Below the pieces are notes generated by a model. The model did no database searches. It was not told the origin of the DNA and saw only the letters and a list, made by a program, of their open reading frames with translations. A program made the position numbers and the translations under genes. DNA of 64,000 nucleotides from Opitutia bacterium. Lineage in GTDB: Bacteria; Verrucomicrobiota; Verrucomicrobiia; Opitutales; Seribacteraceae. Location of the stretch: contig JAYNJW010000008.1 in assembly GCA_038110535.1 (NCBI GenBank), forward strand, positions 1,446 through 65,445, read 5' to 3'. Shown one piece after another: positions 35,844 through 45,816 of this stretch (position 1 is its first letter; each line of letters begins with the position of its first letter).

Positions 35844-36506
35844 TTAGTCGAAAAGATGGTTGATCTGGGCAGGGTCCAAGTGTGCCAATGAAGCAACCAA
35901 AAGATCGGGGTTTAGGTGGATGAAAGTATTTGAGGGATGAGAGGTCGTTAAAGCAACAGTTTTCATTCCTGCCCGTTTGGCTGCTTCTATGCCATGTGGA
36001 CTATCCTCAAAAACCACGCATTTTTCTGGATCCACAGAAAGAATCTGGGAAGCTTTTAAAAATACTTCAGGATCAGGTTTGCCAGTCTTTACATCCTCTG
36101 AACTTGCTATGCCCACAAAAAAATCAGATAGATCGTGCTGCCCAATTGCCAGTTCAACATTTTTTCTTTCTGTAGATGTGCCAATCGCACACCGTGGAGG
36201 AAATAACTTTATTCTCTCCAAAAATTCCCTCGCACCAGGGGCAAGTTTTATACCCTGAGAATTTGCCAGTTCTCGATAAAATTCTTCTTTTCTTTTTCCC
36301 CAAGCCTCAATTTCTGGTACATCTTTTGACCATTTTAGAATATCTGGAATAATGGTTTCATTTCGCTTGCCAAATCCTTGCTCAAAATGATGGGCAGGGA
36401 GTACTCGGCCAAGTTCATCAGCAAGCTTTTCCCAACTTTTTTTATGCAGAGCGGATGAGTCGATGATAACACCATCCCAGTCAAAGATTGCTCCTTTCCA
36501 ACTCAA
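35844..36506 (-). CDS. HAD-superfamily hydrolase (beta-phosphoglucomutase-like)
   Basis: GAIFDWDGVIIDS (DxDG motif I), GTST, KTGKPDPEVF, FEDSPHGIEAAKRAGM. Confidence 0.88.
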   Translation of the reverse strand: MSWKGAIFDWDGVIIDSSALHKKSWEKLADELGRVLPAHHFEQGFGKRNETIIPDILKWSKDVPEIEAWGKRKEEFYRELANSQGIKLAPGAREFLERIKLFPPRCAIGTSTERKNVELAIGQHDLSDFFVGIASSEDVKTGKPDPEVFLKASQILSVDPEKCVVFEDSPHGIEAAKRAGMKTVALTTSHPSNTFIHLNPDLLVASLAHLDPAQINHLFD

Positions 36507-36560
36507 ATTTTGTAATGATTTAAAATGGGTTCTTGGTGGGCAGAGAAAAAAACTAAATAT

Positions 36561-37322
36561 TTATTTTTTAGGCACGGTCCACAGCTGGAGTTTTTTTTCC
36601 TCGGTAACATCTCCGACCAAAGCATCGTATTTTTTCTTTAATTTAAGAGCTTGTACTTGAGCCGCACTAAAAAGCCTAGAATTGGAAGGAAGCTTGGCAG
36701 GAAATCCATTAATCAGTCTGCTGGTGCCAAGAAGCAATGGAAGATCGACCTTAATTGGTTTTGAGCCCTTCGGATTGGTCGAATCAAGCAGAACGAGATC
36801 CCCGCTAGAAAGCATTTGTGTTTCTGCGGAGTTGCCAATCCATACTTTCCCCTCAAGCAGAATAACTTTTATCCCTGAGGTCAGGCATTCCATCATCCAA
36901 GTGCCCGCACCGGTTACTTGGATTGGATGGTCCGATCGTCCCAAATTCCAAACCATCTTTTCCCGATGGGATACCAGGAGAGACCCTTTGTGCAATAGGT
37001 AATGATCAGGCTCCTGGAATTCCAGGCCAGTTTCACTGCCTATTCTTATCCTTGCGATGTTTGCCCCATTCCTGAGCTCAATTTCGAGGAATGAACCACG
37101 GGATGTGCCCAGTGCAAGAGGAAATTCCTCATTAATTTGTTTGCTTTGACAGAGCGGACGGGGAGGGAGTCCGGTTTTGCTCAATGGCTGGAGAAAAGAA
37201 TTTCCCGACGAATAATTGACTGATAAAATTTGACCGCTTTCGTTTTCCGATCCGCAGAGGCTACATGCAAAGCATATGGAAATGAAGCCAAGGGTCTGAA
37301 TGAAGTGTCGGGGAATTCGCAA
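36561..37322 (-). CDS. secreted FecR-domain protein
   Basis: Signal or lipoprotein-like N-terminus (ICFACSLCGS). FecR-type beta-sandwich pattern (IARIRIGSETGLEF...LLHKGSLLVSH...IQVTGAGTWMMEC...VILLEGKVWI). Confidence 0.65.
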   Translation of the reverse strand: MRIPRHFIQTLGFISICFACSLCGSENESGQILSVNYSSGNSFLQPLSKTGLPPRPLCQSKQINEEFPLALGTSRGSFLEIELRNGANIARIRIGSETGLEFQEPDHYLLHKGSLLVSHREKMVWNLGRSDHPIQVTGAGTWMMECLTSGIKVILLEGKVWIGNSAETQMLSSGDLVLLDSTNPKGSKPIKVDLPLLLGTSRLINGFPAKLPSNSRLFSAAQVQALKLKKKYDALVGDVTEEKKLQLWTVPKK

Positions 37323-37342
37323 GTTGTCTGCTGCAAAAAGAG

Positions 37343-38317
37343 TTAAAATTGAGCATTAAGGGAAAGGGCACCACCCCAGTCAAACCTTGAAAAATCTGCC
37401 GTAACACCATCTGCACCACTGGCGTTCCGGTTGCTGTAGGAGAGGAGAAATTTAAGAGCCAGCCAATCATAAAAATGATACGCAATATCTACCCCTGCGT
37501 TAGTGGTGAATTCGTCCCGGTCCTGATTCCCATAATTTGCTAGGCAAAACCGGAGATAAGGAGAAATCTCGAAATTCTGTATAGGAATATCAACGCCGAA
37601 GAGTAGGGCAGATTCAAATCGGTCCATCTTGTCTGCCTCGCTTGGGGTATCGGTAAGATGATAAGATAGGGAGAAATCAACAAAGGCAGAAGCAGAGGCG
37701 ATATTGAATCCTTTGCTCAGACCAATACTTGGAGAGGTTTGCCGGTATGTTTGTTTCATATCGGTATTGAAATCAAAGGAGGAACTCAATCCTCCCCGCA
37801 CCGACCATCCTTGAGAAAATTGAAAAATTCCTACGAAGGAAATATTCAAATTATTCGAATCTAATGCATCAAGGCCATCGTTGCCAAAGTAAGTCGAATT
37901 GCTCAGACCAAGACCCATGATAGGAGAAAAGCTAGCACCACCAAAATCATAGGCTCCCAGCAAAAAATTATTACTCAGCGAATTTTCCCAGATTCCCGCG
38001 GAATCGATCACAGCACTTGGAGAAGAGCCAGGGTTGTCGGAATGAAGCAATTTGCTTTCGAAACCGAAGTGGTACCCCAGTCCCTTCTTTTTTGTTTCCA
38101 CGGGGCGCTGAAGGCCCAAATCACTTTTAGTAACCGGGTTATTAGTGGATGTAGAAGATCCGGATTGCCCTTTGAGAAGAGCCTCACGATTTCTGTATTC
38201 CTGAACCGAGCCAAATCGCACCTCTGGATTTCGTTTTAGTTGCTCGGCAATAGAGAAGGAAGATAAACAAAAGTTTAGAAACAGAAAAGAAAAGCAAAAG
38301 TGCTTCAGAGATTTCAT
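37343..38317 (-). CDS. outer-membrane beta-barrel protein
   Basis: Signal peptide, alternating hydrophobic beta-strand pattern, aromatic girdle residues and the terminal sequence LSLNAQF (C-terminal Phe OMP signature). Confidence 0.7.
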   Translation of the reverse strand: MKSLKHFCFSFLFLNFCLSSFSIAEQLKRNPEVRFGSVQEYRNREALLKGQSGSSTSTNNPVTKSDLGLQRPVETKKKGLGYHFGFESKLLHSDNPGSSPSAVIDSAGIWENSLSNNFLLGAYDFGGASFSPIMGLGLSNSTYFGNDGLDALDSNNLNISFVGIFQFSQGWSVRGGLSSSFDFNTDMKQTYRQTSPSIGLSKGFNIASASAFVDFSLSYHLTDTPSEADKMDRFESALLFGVDIPIQNFEISPYLRFCLANYGNQDRDEFTTNAGVDIAYHFYDWLALKFLLSYSNRNASGADGVTADFSRFDWGGALSLNAQF

Positions 38318-38323
38318 GGTTGA

Positions 38324-40819
38324 TTAGTTTACGCCACTGCCAGAGTTGGCACCTGAAAAAGCCCGCACCCGAACAGCAGGAGTACCATTAGCTTGGGTGG
38401 CAGTAGAATTCCATTTGCCACTGGAGCCAGAGAAATCAGTCTGTTGCAAAGCACGGTCAGTGGAAATGCCCAAATGTTTGACATTAGTTAAGTTGACCCC
38501 GCCGATTGTGGGACTATCAAAGGTTCCAAAATCAATCGTACCCGCTTGGCTTCTTAACATAACCTCAGATTGTTCGGGGAAATTTACATCCTTTAAATTA
38601 ATCGTAATCGCTTCCATGTATATTTCACGGGCACGGTCGTTAAACCATAAGCCTTGTGCAGTGATCAGATCATTCGCGTATAGATATACATTGTCACGAT
38701 CGCTATACCTTCCCACAGAAAAAAGTTTGGAGCCAGGTTCAGTAAACTCGATATCCAAATCACCCAGAGAACCAATGGCCAGATTTCCTCCCACATCGAT
38801 ATCTACATCGACTAATTTTAGATCACCAGCTGTTCCCAGTCCCAGGTTTGAACCTTCGTAGTAAATTTTTGAACCCGCCTGAACATTTAGATTACCCGCA
38901 GCACCGAGCGCAAGTGCATGGTCCTCGGCGTGATTATTATTTTCAAAAGTCACATCTCCCCAAATTGACAGGTCTTTGGCTGCGGCAATAGTAAAAATCT
39001 TGGTGCCATCGCTTGCTCCTTTCTTAGGCAAATACTGGGAAAAATCAATTGCACCTGATTCGATGAAAATGTCTCCTCCCACAAGAGCGTTTACATGGTC
39101 GAGACGAACCTGCAATTGATCAGCAGTATCTGCATCAATGGAGGCGTTACGTGCACCGATTAATCCACCGTTTAATTCTTCAGAGTTGTAAGTCCCTCCC
39201 GGATAAATAGTTTGGTCGAGGAGTGAGGACAAGTAATTTGAGTCCGACAACTTATCCGATCCTAAAATGGCCAAAAGATTATCTGTAGCGGCTTGGTTAG
39301 ACGGGTTGGAGATAGCCCCATGCTTAGCCAAAAGTTTGGCAAATTCGAAGGCGTAGGGATTGTTTGAGAATTGATCAGCTAATCCTTGTGCATTCCAAAC
39401 ATTATCCGAAGGGATCACCGAGGCAATAGTGACTTCTTTCAAAAAAGAACCTGCCAAATTAATCGCATGTTGAACCGCAACATTAAAATCGTCATATTTA
39501 TAAGGATTGAGACCAATTTCATCGATGAAAACATCCAGCCCAATCGCATTGATTAATTTAGTTTCATCATCGGTGTTCCAGTTTTGAAACTGGGATAGGA
39601 TCAACGCAAAATCATCTTCATCGGACAGATCGTCCAGGTTTAGGAAGGAAACTTCAACAGGAACGGGTATTCCATCCTGGTATAATCCGATCGAAAGAAG
39701 GTTTTCAGCGACATCGAAATCGTAGCGCACAGAATTTCCAATGCTGGGCGATTCACTGGGCGGACCCGGAGGCTGAACATTGGGAGGAGGAGGCATTGAA
39801 CTGTCCCCGTATGCAGAGGAAGCTAATTTTTCGAGGGTCTCTTTTTGTATTCTTTGAATTTCTGCAGCGGATATACTTCTTTGGGTAACCGAGCTCGAGC
39901 GCCCTAAGAAGGATTCTGCGGCTTCACTCGATGAAGATTGTGCCTGTTTTTCCTGCTCCCCATCTTCTTCCGAATCACTCGAATCTTGGTTCTCCTCATC
40001 GGTCTCCCCGTTGTTATCTTGTTCCTGGGTAGATTTTTCTGCTTGGGCACTTGCTTCTTGGCTGGTGGCAACCGGAACAGCATCACAGACACTAGCTGCA
40101 GAAGCATTTTTTACGCTGATGTTTTGTGCTGCGGATGGGCTGATCGGGCGCTGGTTAATGGTTCCACTAGCCGAAGCGTCCAGACCCCTGCCCGGACCAA
40201 CTAGGACTGGTTGATTTTGCCCCGCGGGGGTGAAGGCAACTTGTGACTCAGCTACATCAAGCTTCATTCCGGTGTTTGGACTCATGGCCATTTGAAACTG
40301 TGTTCCACGAATTCCAGCTGTTCCAGTAGGAGTGGAGATCGAAAAACTGGAAGATTTGTTTAACTTCTTAGTCTGCACAACCAGGGAACCCACATCCATG
40401 TTTATGCTTACTTGGCTGGTGCTCGGTTCGGCGGTTAACTGACCAAAGGAGTTTCCCTGTGCCTCAAATGGCAATTGCTTAAACTGAGTGAGCTTGATTT
40501 GGGATTTTTCTAAAACAGTCGCGGTGGTGCCGTTCGAAAAAAGAAGGATAGATTCTGAAAACAATCCAGTATTAATGGCGTAACCCACCGGCAAAACGGA
40601 CCCCCTGACCACGGGCTCTTTCAACTTAACTCCCTGAGGGGAAATGGCTTCGACCACCCCTTTTGTTTGCAGAACGATGACCGAGCCGTTTTGTGCCACT
40701 AAAACATGTGAGCTAAATAAAACGCAAAGCAAGAGCCAGAAATGCCCAAGGAACTGAAATTTTCTTTTCAACTGATCAGGAAGAGTAAAGGGAGGACGCC
40801 TTATCCCAATCAACAACAT
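38324..40819 (-). CDS. large secreted protein: N-terminal FecR domain, acidic low-complexity linker, C-terminal beta-helix-like region
   Basis: FecR pattern ([11 protein letters not shown]...VAESQVAF). Acidic linker [29 protein letters not shown]-x-L/I repeat strands near the C-terminus. The ATG at 40819 overlaps sod by 44 nt, and an alternative TTG at 40771 lies 5 nt after the sod stop. Confidence 0.65.
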   Translation of the reverse strand: MLLIGIRRPPFTLPDQLKRKFQFLGHFWLLLCVLFSSHVLVAQNGSVIVLQTKGVVEAISPQGVKLKEPVVRGSVLPVGYAINTGLFSESILLFSNGTTATVLEKSQIKLTQFKQLPFEAQGNSFGQLTAEPSTSQVSINMDVGSLVVQTKKLNKSSSFSISTPTGTAGIRGTQFQMAMSPNTGMKLDVAESQVAFTPAGQNQPVLVGPGRGLDASASGTINQRPISPSAAQNISVKNASAASVCDAVPVATSQEASAQAEKSTQEQDNNGETDEENQDSSDSEEDGEQEKQAQSSSSEAAESFLGRSSSVTQRSISAAEIQRIQKETLEKLASSAYGDSSMPPPPNVQPPGPPSESPSIGNSVRYDFDVAENLLSIGLYQDGIPVPVEVSFLNLDDLSDEDDFALILSQFQNWNTDDETKLINAIGLDVFIDEIGLNPYKYDDFNVAVQHAINLAGSFLKEVTIASVIPSDNVWNAQGLADQFSNNPYAFEFAKLLAKHGAISNPSNQAATDNLLAILGSDKLSDSNYLSSLLDQTIYPGGTYNSEELNGGLIGARNASIDADTADQLQVRLDHVNALVGGDIFIESGAIDFSQYLPKKGASDGTKIFTIAAAKDLSIWGDVTFENNNHAEDHALALGAAGNLNVQAGSKIYYEGSNLGLGTAGDLKLVDVDIDVGGNLAIGSLGDLDIEFTEPGSKLFSVGRYSDRDNVYLYANDLITAQGLWFNDRAREIYMEAITINLKDVNFPEQSEVMLRSQAGTIDFGTFDSPTIGGVNLTNVKHLGISTDRALQQTDFSGSSGKWNSTATQANGTPAVRVRAFSGANSGSGVN

Positions 40820-41396
40820 TCCAATATGCGGAAATATAGTCTGGGCGACGGTTTTGGTAATTTAAATAATAGGCATGTTCCCAAACATCCAGACCAATGA
40901 TCGGGGATCCTGTAAGTTCGGCAATTCCGGACATCCATGGACTATCTTGGTTGGGGGTGGAAGTGACCGCGAGGGAACCGTCGCTCTTTTTAATCAACCA
41001 GGCCCAACCCGAGCCGAAACGGGTGATTGCTGCGTTGACGAATGACTCTTTGAAAGAATCAAAACTGCCAAAGGACTGATCGATGGCTCCGGCTAACGAT
41101 CCGGTGGGGGAACCACCACCCTCAGGACTGAGCGAACTCCAAAAAAAGGAGTGGTTCGCATGTCCACCTCCATTGTTGCGAACTGCACCTCGTATGTTCT
41201 CAGGAACCTGGGATAGGTCAGCGATCAGGTCGAAGACTGATAGATTGGAAAGTTCCGGATGATTTTCCAGTGCAGCATTTAACTTATCCACATAAGTCTG
41301 ATGGTGCTTGCCATGGTGTATTTCCATGGTGCGAGCGTCAAAGTGTGGTTCGAGCGCAGTCGGTGAATAGGGTAAGGAGGGAAGTTCGTGAGGCAT
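40776..41396 (-). CDS. sodB: Fe/Mn superoxide dismutase
   Basis: [25 protein letters not shown] and DVWEHAYYL motifs. 206 aa. Metal specificity not determinable. Confidence 0.95.
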   Translation of the reverse strand: MPHELPSLPYSPTALEPHFDARTMEIHHGKHHQTYVDKLNAALENHPELSNLSVFDLIADLSQVPENIRGAVRNNGGGHANHSFFWSSLSPEGGGSPTGSLAGAIDQSFGSFDSFKESFVNAAITRFGSGWAWLIKKSDGSLAVTSTPNQDSPWMSGIAELTGSPIIGLDVWEHAYYLNYQNRRPDYISAYWNVVDWDKASSLYSS

Positions 41397-41460
41397 AGAT
41401 AAAAGCTGTTCTATAATTCAACTTGTGAAGAGTATAATCAAGGAGGAAAACCGGATGAGG

Positions 41461-41904
41461 TCAAGCGGAGACTTGTGAGCGTTGATTTTGGAAAAAGGAC
41501 TGAATGATTGCCTCGCATGGTTCTTTGAGGATATCTTGGAATACCTCAGGCTTGTGGTTTGATTTCTCTAGTTTGTTTAGGCTGGTTGCTCCACCCAAAC
41601 AACCCATCTTGGGATCTCTTAAACCGAAAAACACTTTACCAACCCTTGCGGCTATCGTGGCACCGGAACACATCGGGCAGGGCTCTTTGGTGACATAAAG
41701 CTCACAATCGTTTAATCTCCAATCCCCCAGTTTTTTTGCCGCCATGGTGATGGCAATCATTTCAGCGTGGGCGGTGGGGTCGGTTTGGGACCTGGTTTGG
41801 TTGTGAGCGGAAGAAATGATTTCTTGCTGATGAACGATGACTGCACCGACTGGAACTTCGTCGGCATTCCATGCATCCACCGCGAGGTTGAATGCGTGTG
41901 ACAT
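41461..41904 (-). CDS. tadA: tRNA-specific adenosine deaminase
   Basis: HAEMIAI and PCPMCSGA zinc ligand motifs. ATG at 41904 (MSHAFNLAVDAW...) matches the canonical N-terminus. The ORF is open to 41967. Confidence 0.92.
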   Translation of the reverse strand: MSHAFNLAVDAWNADEVPVGAVIVHQQEIISSAHNQTRSQTDPTAHAEMIAITMAAKKLGDWRLNDCELYVTKEPCPMCSGATIAARVGKVFFGLRDPKMGCLGGATSLNKLEKSNHKPEVFQDILKEPCEAIIQSFFQNQRSQVSA

Positions 41905-42065
41905 AAAGAAACAAGGGTCTTTTTCCAAAGCGGAGGGATGAATCTTTTCAAAAGGGCACGCTAGCATCTTTGGGTATTTGGGTTGGGCATTGATTTGGAA
42001 GGAACATTAGCTGGTTGAGTTCTATGCTTGTATGATAGCAGGCAAGTTGCTTTACTTAAAGCTTT

Positions 42066-42347
42066 ATGCCTAATCAAGATGTAGTTGAAGTCGAAGGGAA
42101 AATTACTGCTGTGCTTCCCAGTACAATGTTTCGTGCAGAGCTGAAAAATGGCCACCAGGTGCTTGCTCACATTTCAGGTAAGCTTCGAAAGCACTTTATC
42201 AAAATTACTGTGGGTGACATTGTGAAAATGGAAATGAGCCCAAATGATCTCCAGAAGGCTCGCATTGTTTACCGCTTAAAAAATGCAGAAGTAAACCGCA
42301 ATGCCCCCATCCGTAGTTTTGGTCCTCGTAACAAGGGGAAAAAATAA
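42066..42347 (+). CDS. infA: translation initiation factor IF-1 with a basic C-terminal extension of about 21 aa
   Basis: [39 protein letters not shown]...ARIVYR is a clear S1-like IF-1 fold. 93 aa against the usual 72 or so. Confidence 0.93.
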   Translation: MPNQDVVEVEGKITAVLPSTMFRAELKNGHQVLAHISGKLRKHFIKITVGDIVKMEMSPNDLQKARIVYRLKNAEVNRNAPIRSFGPRNKGKK

Positions 42348-42371
42348 CCTCTTATTCCTTACCATCTCGCC

Positions 42372-43343
42372 ATGAATATTATCCAATCCATCGGTCGTAC
42401 TCCACTTGTTGAACTTCAGAAATTCAATCGGGACTTGCCCGCCAAGTTATTTTTAAAATCGGAATTCTTTAATCCATTGGCCAGCGTGAAGGACCGTATC
42501 GGTGCCGCCATGATCGAGGCTGCGGAACAGGATGGCTCGCTCAAGCCCGATAGCGTGGTGATTGAACCAACCTCTGGAAACACTGGGATCGCCCTCGCCT
42601 TTGTATGTGCCGCCAAGGGATACAGGTGCATCCTTACTATGCCCGAAACGATGTCAAAGGAGAGAAGGATTCTATTGCGTCTTTTAGGTGCAGAAATTGT
42701 TTTAACTCCTGGTCCCAAGGGTATGGGGGGAGCAATTGCCCGGGCCAATCAATTACTTGAAGAGCATGGGGAGCATGGATTTATGCCTCAACAGTTTAAC
42801 AACCCTGCCAATCCTGCTATCCACCGCAAAACAACTGCGGAAGAAATTTGGTCGGGCTTGGAAGGCAAGGTGGATTGTTTGGTGGCTGGGGTCGGAACCG
42901 GGGGCACCATTACTGGAGTCTCTGAGGTAATTAAACAGAGAAATCCAGAGATGCTGACCGTGGCGGTTGAGCCTGCAGAAAGTCCGGTCATCACTCAAAC
43001 AAGGAATGGAGAGGAAGTTAAGCCAGGACCTCATAAAATTCAAGGAATTGGAGCCGGTTTTGTTCCCAATAATTTAAATTTGGAAATCGTTGATGAGGTC
43101 GAGCTTGTGACGAGCGAGGAAGCCTTTGATATTGCTCGCAAAGTTAGTTTGGAAGAAGGTATTTTGGCCGGAATTTCCACTGGTGCAACCATTGCGGCTG
43201 CTTTGCGAATCGCTAAGCGTCCGGAGATGGCGGGCAAGAACATAGTTGTGATCGGTGCCAGTTGTGGGGAACGATACCTTACCACGCCCCTCGCTGCTAA
43301 AGCAGTGGAAGAGGTGATGGACGCGGTGGCAGAGGAGGTATAA
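42372..43343 (+). CDS. cysK: cysteine synthase A (O-acetylserine sulfhydrylase)
   Basis: [20 protein letters not shown] (PLP Lys), [10 protein letters not shown] and [10 protein letters not shown] motifs. Confidence 0.95.
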   Translation: MNIIQSIGRTPLVELQKFNRDLPAKLFLKSEFFNPLASVKDRIGAAMIEAAEQDGSLKPDSVVIEPTSGNTGIALAFVCAAKGYRCILTMPETMSKERRILLRLLGAEIVLTPGPKGMGGAIARANQLLEEHGEHGFMPQQFNNPANPAIHRKTTAEEIWSGLEGKVDCLVAGVGTGGTITGVSEVIKQRNPEMLTVAVEPAESPVITQTRNGEEVKPGPHKIQGIGAGFVPNNLNLEIVDEVELVTSEEAFDIARKVSLEEGILAGISTGATIAAALRIAKRPEMAGKNIVVIGASCGERYLTTPLAAKAVEEVMDAVAEEV

Positions 43344-43414
43344 TTCCCTTGCATCTGGGTATTCTCCCAATGATGGTCTAAGAACAATTTGGAAGTTTCT
43401 CAATTACCCTCACG

Positions 43415-43867
43415 GTGAGAGCCTTAGTCAGAAGGGTTTCCAGGGCAGAGGTTAAAGTTTCATCGAAGCCTGTTGGTATAATTGGACCAGGCTTATTGGT
43501 CTATCTTGGGATACACAAAAAAGATGAGATTTCCGATCTCGATTGGATCATTAAAAAAATTCTGGGCCTTCGTGTTTTTAACGACGAAGAAGGAAGAATG
43601 AACCTAAAGATAGGTGCAGACCAAGGCATTCTTCTGGTCAGTCAGTTCACCCTATGGGGAAATCTTAAAAAAGGGTGCCGACCCTCTTTCAATGAAGCGG
43701 CTGATGGACAGACTGGTGAGTTTTTTTATCATTTAGCCTTGAAGGAATTAAAAAAACATTTCACTGGCGATGTGAAATCAGGAAATTTTGGTGCCGATAT
43801 GCAAATTCATGCCGTAGACGAAGGGCCCGTTACCATTTGGATCGATTCGCACAACCGAGATTATTAA
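43415..43867 (+). CDS. dtd: D-aminoacyl-tRNA deacylase
   Basis: 150 aa with a GTG start. VSQFTLWGNLKKGCRPSF and GPVTIWIDS are typical of Dtd. Confidence 0.92.
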   Translation: MRALVRRVSRAEVKVSSKPVGIIGPGLLVYLGIHKKDEISDLDWIIKKILGLRVFNDEEGRMNLKIGADQGILLVSQFTLWGNLKKGCRPSFNEAADGQTGEFFYHLALKELKKHFTGDVKSGNFGADMQIHAVDEGPVTIWIDSHNRDY

Positions 43868-43868
43868 A

Positions 43869-44396
43869 ATGGGAGCGGTAAAGGTTTTAGCGAAAGAATT
43901 CTTTTTGAAAGATGTAAAAATTGTTGCCCGAGAATTGTTGGGCAAAATCCTCTGTGTTCGAACTGAGCAGGGAAGTATAAAGACAGAAATAATTGCCGAA
44001 ACAGAAGCTTATGATGGGGAGTTTGACTTGGCTTGCCATGCCAGTAGGGGCAAGACACCAAGGACCGCAATCATGTATGGGTGCGGGGGGATTTGTTATG
44101 TTTACCTCTGTTACGGCATGCATTGGATGTTGAATCTGGTAACCGGTCCGGAGGGGTATCCAGCCGCAGTTTTAATCCGTGGGTCCACCGAGATCGAGGG
44201 ACCGGGGCGATTGACGAAGAATTTGGGGATCAATGGCACATTTAATGGTATGGACTTGTCTCAAGACTCTTCCATTTGGATCGAGGACAGCGGTATCGAT
44301 CCCAGTGAGATTTACACTGGTCCTCGGATCGGGGTCGAGTACGCCGGTCCGGAGTGGTCCATCAAGCCCTATCGTTTTTGGTTTTCAAAACATTGA
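43869..44396 (+). CDS. mpg: DNA-3-methyladenine glycosylase (Mpg/AAG family)
   Basis: ARELLGKIL, ETEAYDG, DLACHASRGKTPRTAIMYG, YVYLCYGMHWMLN and GPGRLTKNLGI motifs. Confidence 0.92.
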   Translation: MGAVKVLAKEFFLKDVKIVARELLGKILCVRTEQGSIKTEIIAETEAYDGEFDLACHASRGKTPRTAIMYGCGGICYVYLCYGMHWMLNLVTGPEGYPAAVLIRGSTEIEGPGRLTKNLGINGTFNGMDLSQDSSIWIEDSGIDPSEIYTGPRIGVEYAGPEWSIKPYRFWFSKH

Positions 44397-44418
44397 TGGC
44401 GTGTCTAAATTATAAGTA

Positions 44419-44961
44419 ATGGAAAACAATGTCCTTCCTCTGATCCTTCTGCTTGTTGTTAGTATCTCGGGTTGTGGATTTAAGGGTAAGCCAGCCACCC
44501 ATGCAGTGGAACGACCAATTATCTACGATGCTTGGGATGCTCGCTACTCCTATCAAATGGAAACCAGGCGCATGGTGCCGATGCACCAAGGTAGGCAAGT
44601 GGGAAGAACCTGGGGAAGAGATGAGAGTGGAAAGATCAACCACGCAAATTACCTTTCTAGTAATCAGGAAAATGAAGAAGACTTGTTCGTGCTCCATTCC
44701 AAGGAATTAGACCGCAAGAGAGAAAAAAAATGGGAAAGCTCCAAAGGGCAAAGGATTGATTTTATCAAAAACCAAATGGAGATCTTGGAAGAAGAAGAAA
44801 ATGCTCCCCTTGTTGAAGTGCTGATCGAGGAGGAAGAAGACGAATTTTTCCCTCCGGTATTTATTCCTCAGGGCATCGATCTTACTCCCGAAGAAAATCC
44901 TGCAGGCAATGAGAATGCCCAAGACATTCCTCCTGCGTTTCCTTTTGCACCCTTGCCCTGA
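44419..44961 (+). CDS. lipoprotein of unknown function (AWDARYSY family, copy 1)
   Basis: Lipobox VSISGC, conserved AWDARYSY (44530-44553), and an acidic C-terminal tail ending in EFFPP...PPAFPFAPLP. Paralogous to 48111-48656. Confidence 0.7.
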   Translation: MENNVLPLILLLVVSISGCGFKGKPATHAVERPIIYDAWDARYSYQMETRRMVPMHQGRQVGRTWGRDESGKINHANYLSSNQENEEDLFVLHSKELDRKREKKWESSKGQRIDFIKNQMEILEEEENAPLVEVLIEEEEDEFFPPVFIPQGIDLTPEENPAGNENAQDIPPAFPFAPLP

Positions 44962-44970
44962 GAGGTAAAG

Positions 44971-45816
44971 ATGAGCAAGCTTTCGGTCAGTTTAAATGTG
45001 CTTGCTTTAGTGATCAGCCTTGTTGCGTTCGTTCTTACCCAAATTACTGTATCTGATCACCAAAGCAAAATGCATAAAATTGCAACTCTTGAGCAAGCAA
45101 GGATGGATGCAGGAAAAAAACTGGAGGAGCAAAAAAAAGAGACGGTTTCAAAGCTACTTCGCCAAAAAAGTCGAAATCAGGATTTGGCGGAGGAGATTTT
45201 GGAATATCGAAGCACCTCGGAAGAAGTCGCAGAAAAGCTTGCCTTAACCAAGACTGAAATCAGTGAGATTGAAAATTCAATTGATGGTATAAGTGATCAG
45301 CTAGCAACTTCGGTAGACAGGCTCAAAGAGGCCGGGGAGGAATTAACCCAGCAGCAAGCGGAGATACAAAATCTTCGCAAAGAAATTCCTGGGATTGAAC
45401 AACAAATTGAAACCAAAAACTTTGAAATTCGTGATTTTGAGAATCGTTCGGACGATCTTAGCGTGCGATTGAGAGTTTTTTCCTCTATAACCTCAGTTTT
45501 GCGCCAACATTACTTGGATACAGTCAGCGCAATCCGTTCTTATGCCCGGGAACGACCCTGGCTGGAACCCGGGGAAGCATTGAGCATCCAGTTAGGGCCG
45601 ATTGATTTAGCCTCCGGATATATCGCCTTATCTAAGGGCGGGGAAATCGGGCTGCGAGAGAATATGGTATTTGCTATTCGTGCGGCTGGGGAAGAAATTT
45701 CCCAAATACGTATTAAAAAAGTGTTCAGAACTTATTCGTTGGCTGAAGTAATACCTTTAGTGGGGAATCCGTTGAAGCTCCAATCCGTTAAAGAAGTTGA
45801 TCTCGTTGCTCTTTAG
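44971..45816 (+). CDS. bitopic coiled-coil protein with small C-terminal beta-rich domain (copy 1)
   Basis: N-terminal TM (LNVLALVISLVAFVLTQI), about 170 aa of heptad-rich Glu/Lys/Gln sequence, and a C-terminal GEALSIQLGPIDLASGYIALSKGGEIGLRENMVFAI domain. Confidence 0.7.
   Translation: MSKLSVSLNVLALVISLVAFVLTQITVSDHQSKMHKIATLEQARMDAGKKLEEQKKETVSKLLRQKSRNQDLAEEILEYRSTSEEVAEKLALTKTEISEIENSIDGISDQLATSVDRLKEAGEELTQQQAEIQNLRKEIPGIEQQIETKNFEIRDFENRSDDLSVRLRVFSSITSVLRQHYLDTVSAIRSYARERPWLEPGEALSIQLGPIDLASGYIALSKGGEIGLRENMVFAIRAAGEEISQIRIKKVFRTYSLAEVIPLVGNPLKLQSVKEVDLVAL

Noticed and set aside
40771-40819. A 44-nt overlap between the 831-aa FecR-domain gene and the 3' end of sod, as a possible programmed overlap.
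   Set aside because: An in-frame TTG at 40771 immediately precedes the signal-peptide-like [18 protein letters not shown] segment and removes the overlap. The start simply cannot be resolved from sequence.
45530-45670. PilZ-like motif pair in the C-terminal domain of coiled-coil protein 1 (RSYAR resembling RxxxR, then ALSKGG about 25 aa later resembling D/NxSxxG).
   Set aside because: The D/N position is Ala. The paralogue at 45797-46720 has RETAR but no xSxxG equivalent, and short motifs like these occur by chance. Kept only as something a profile search could revisit.
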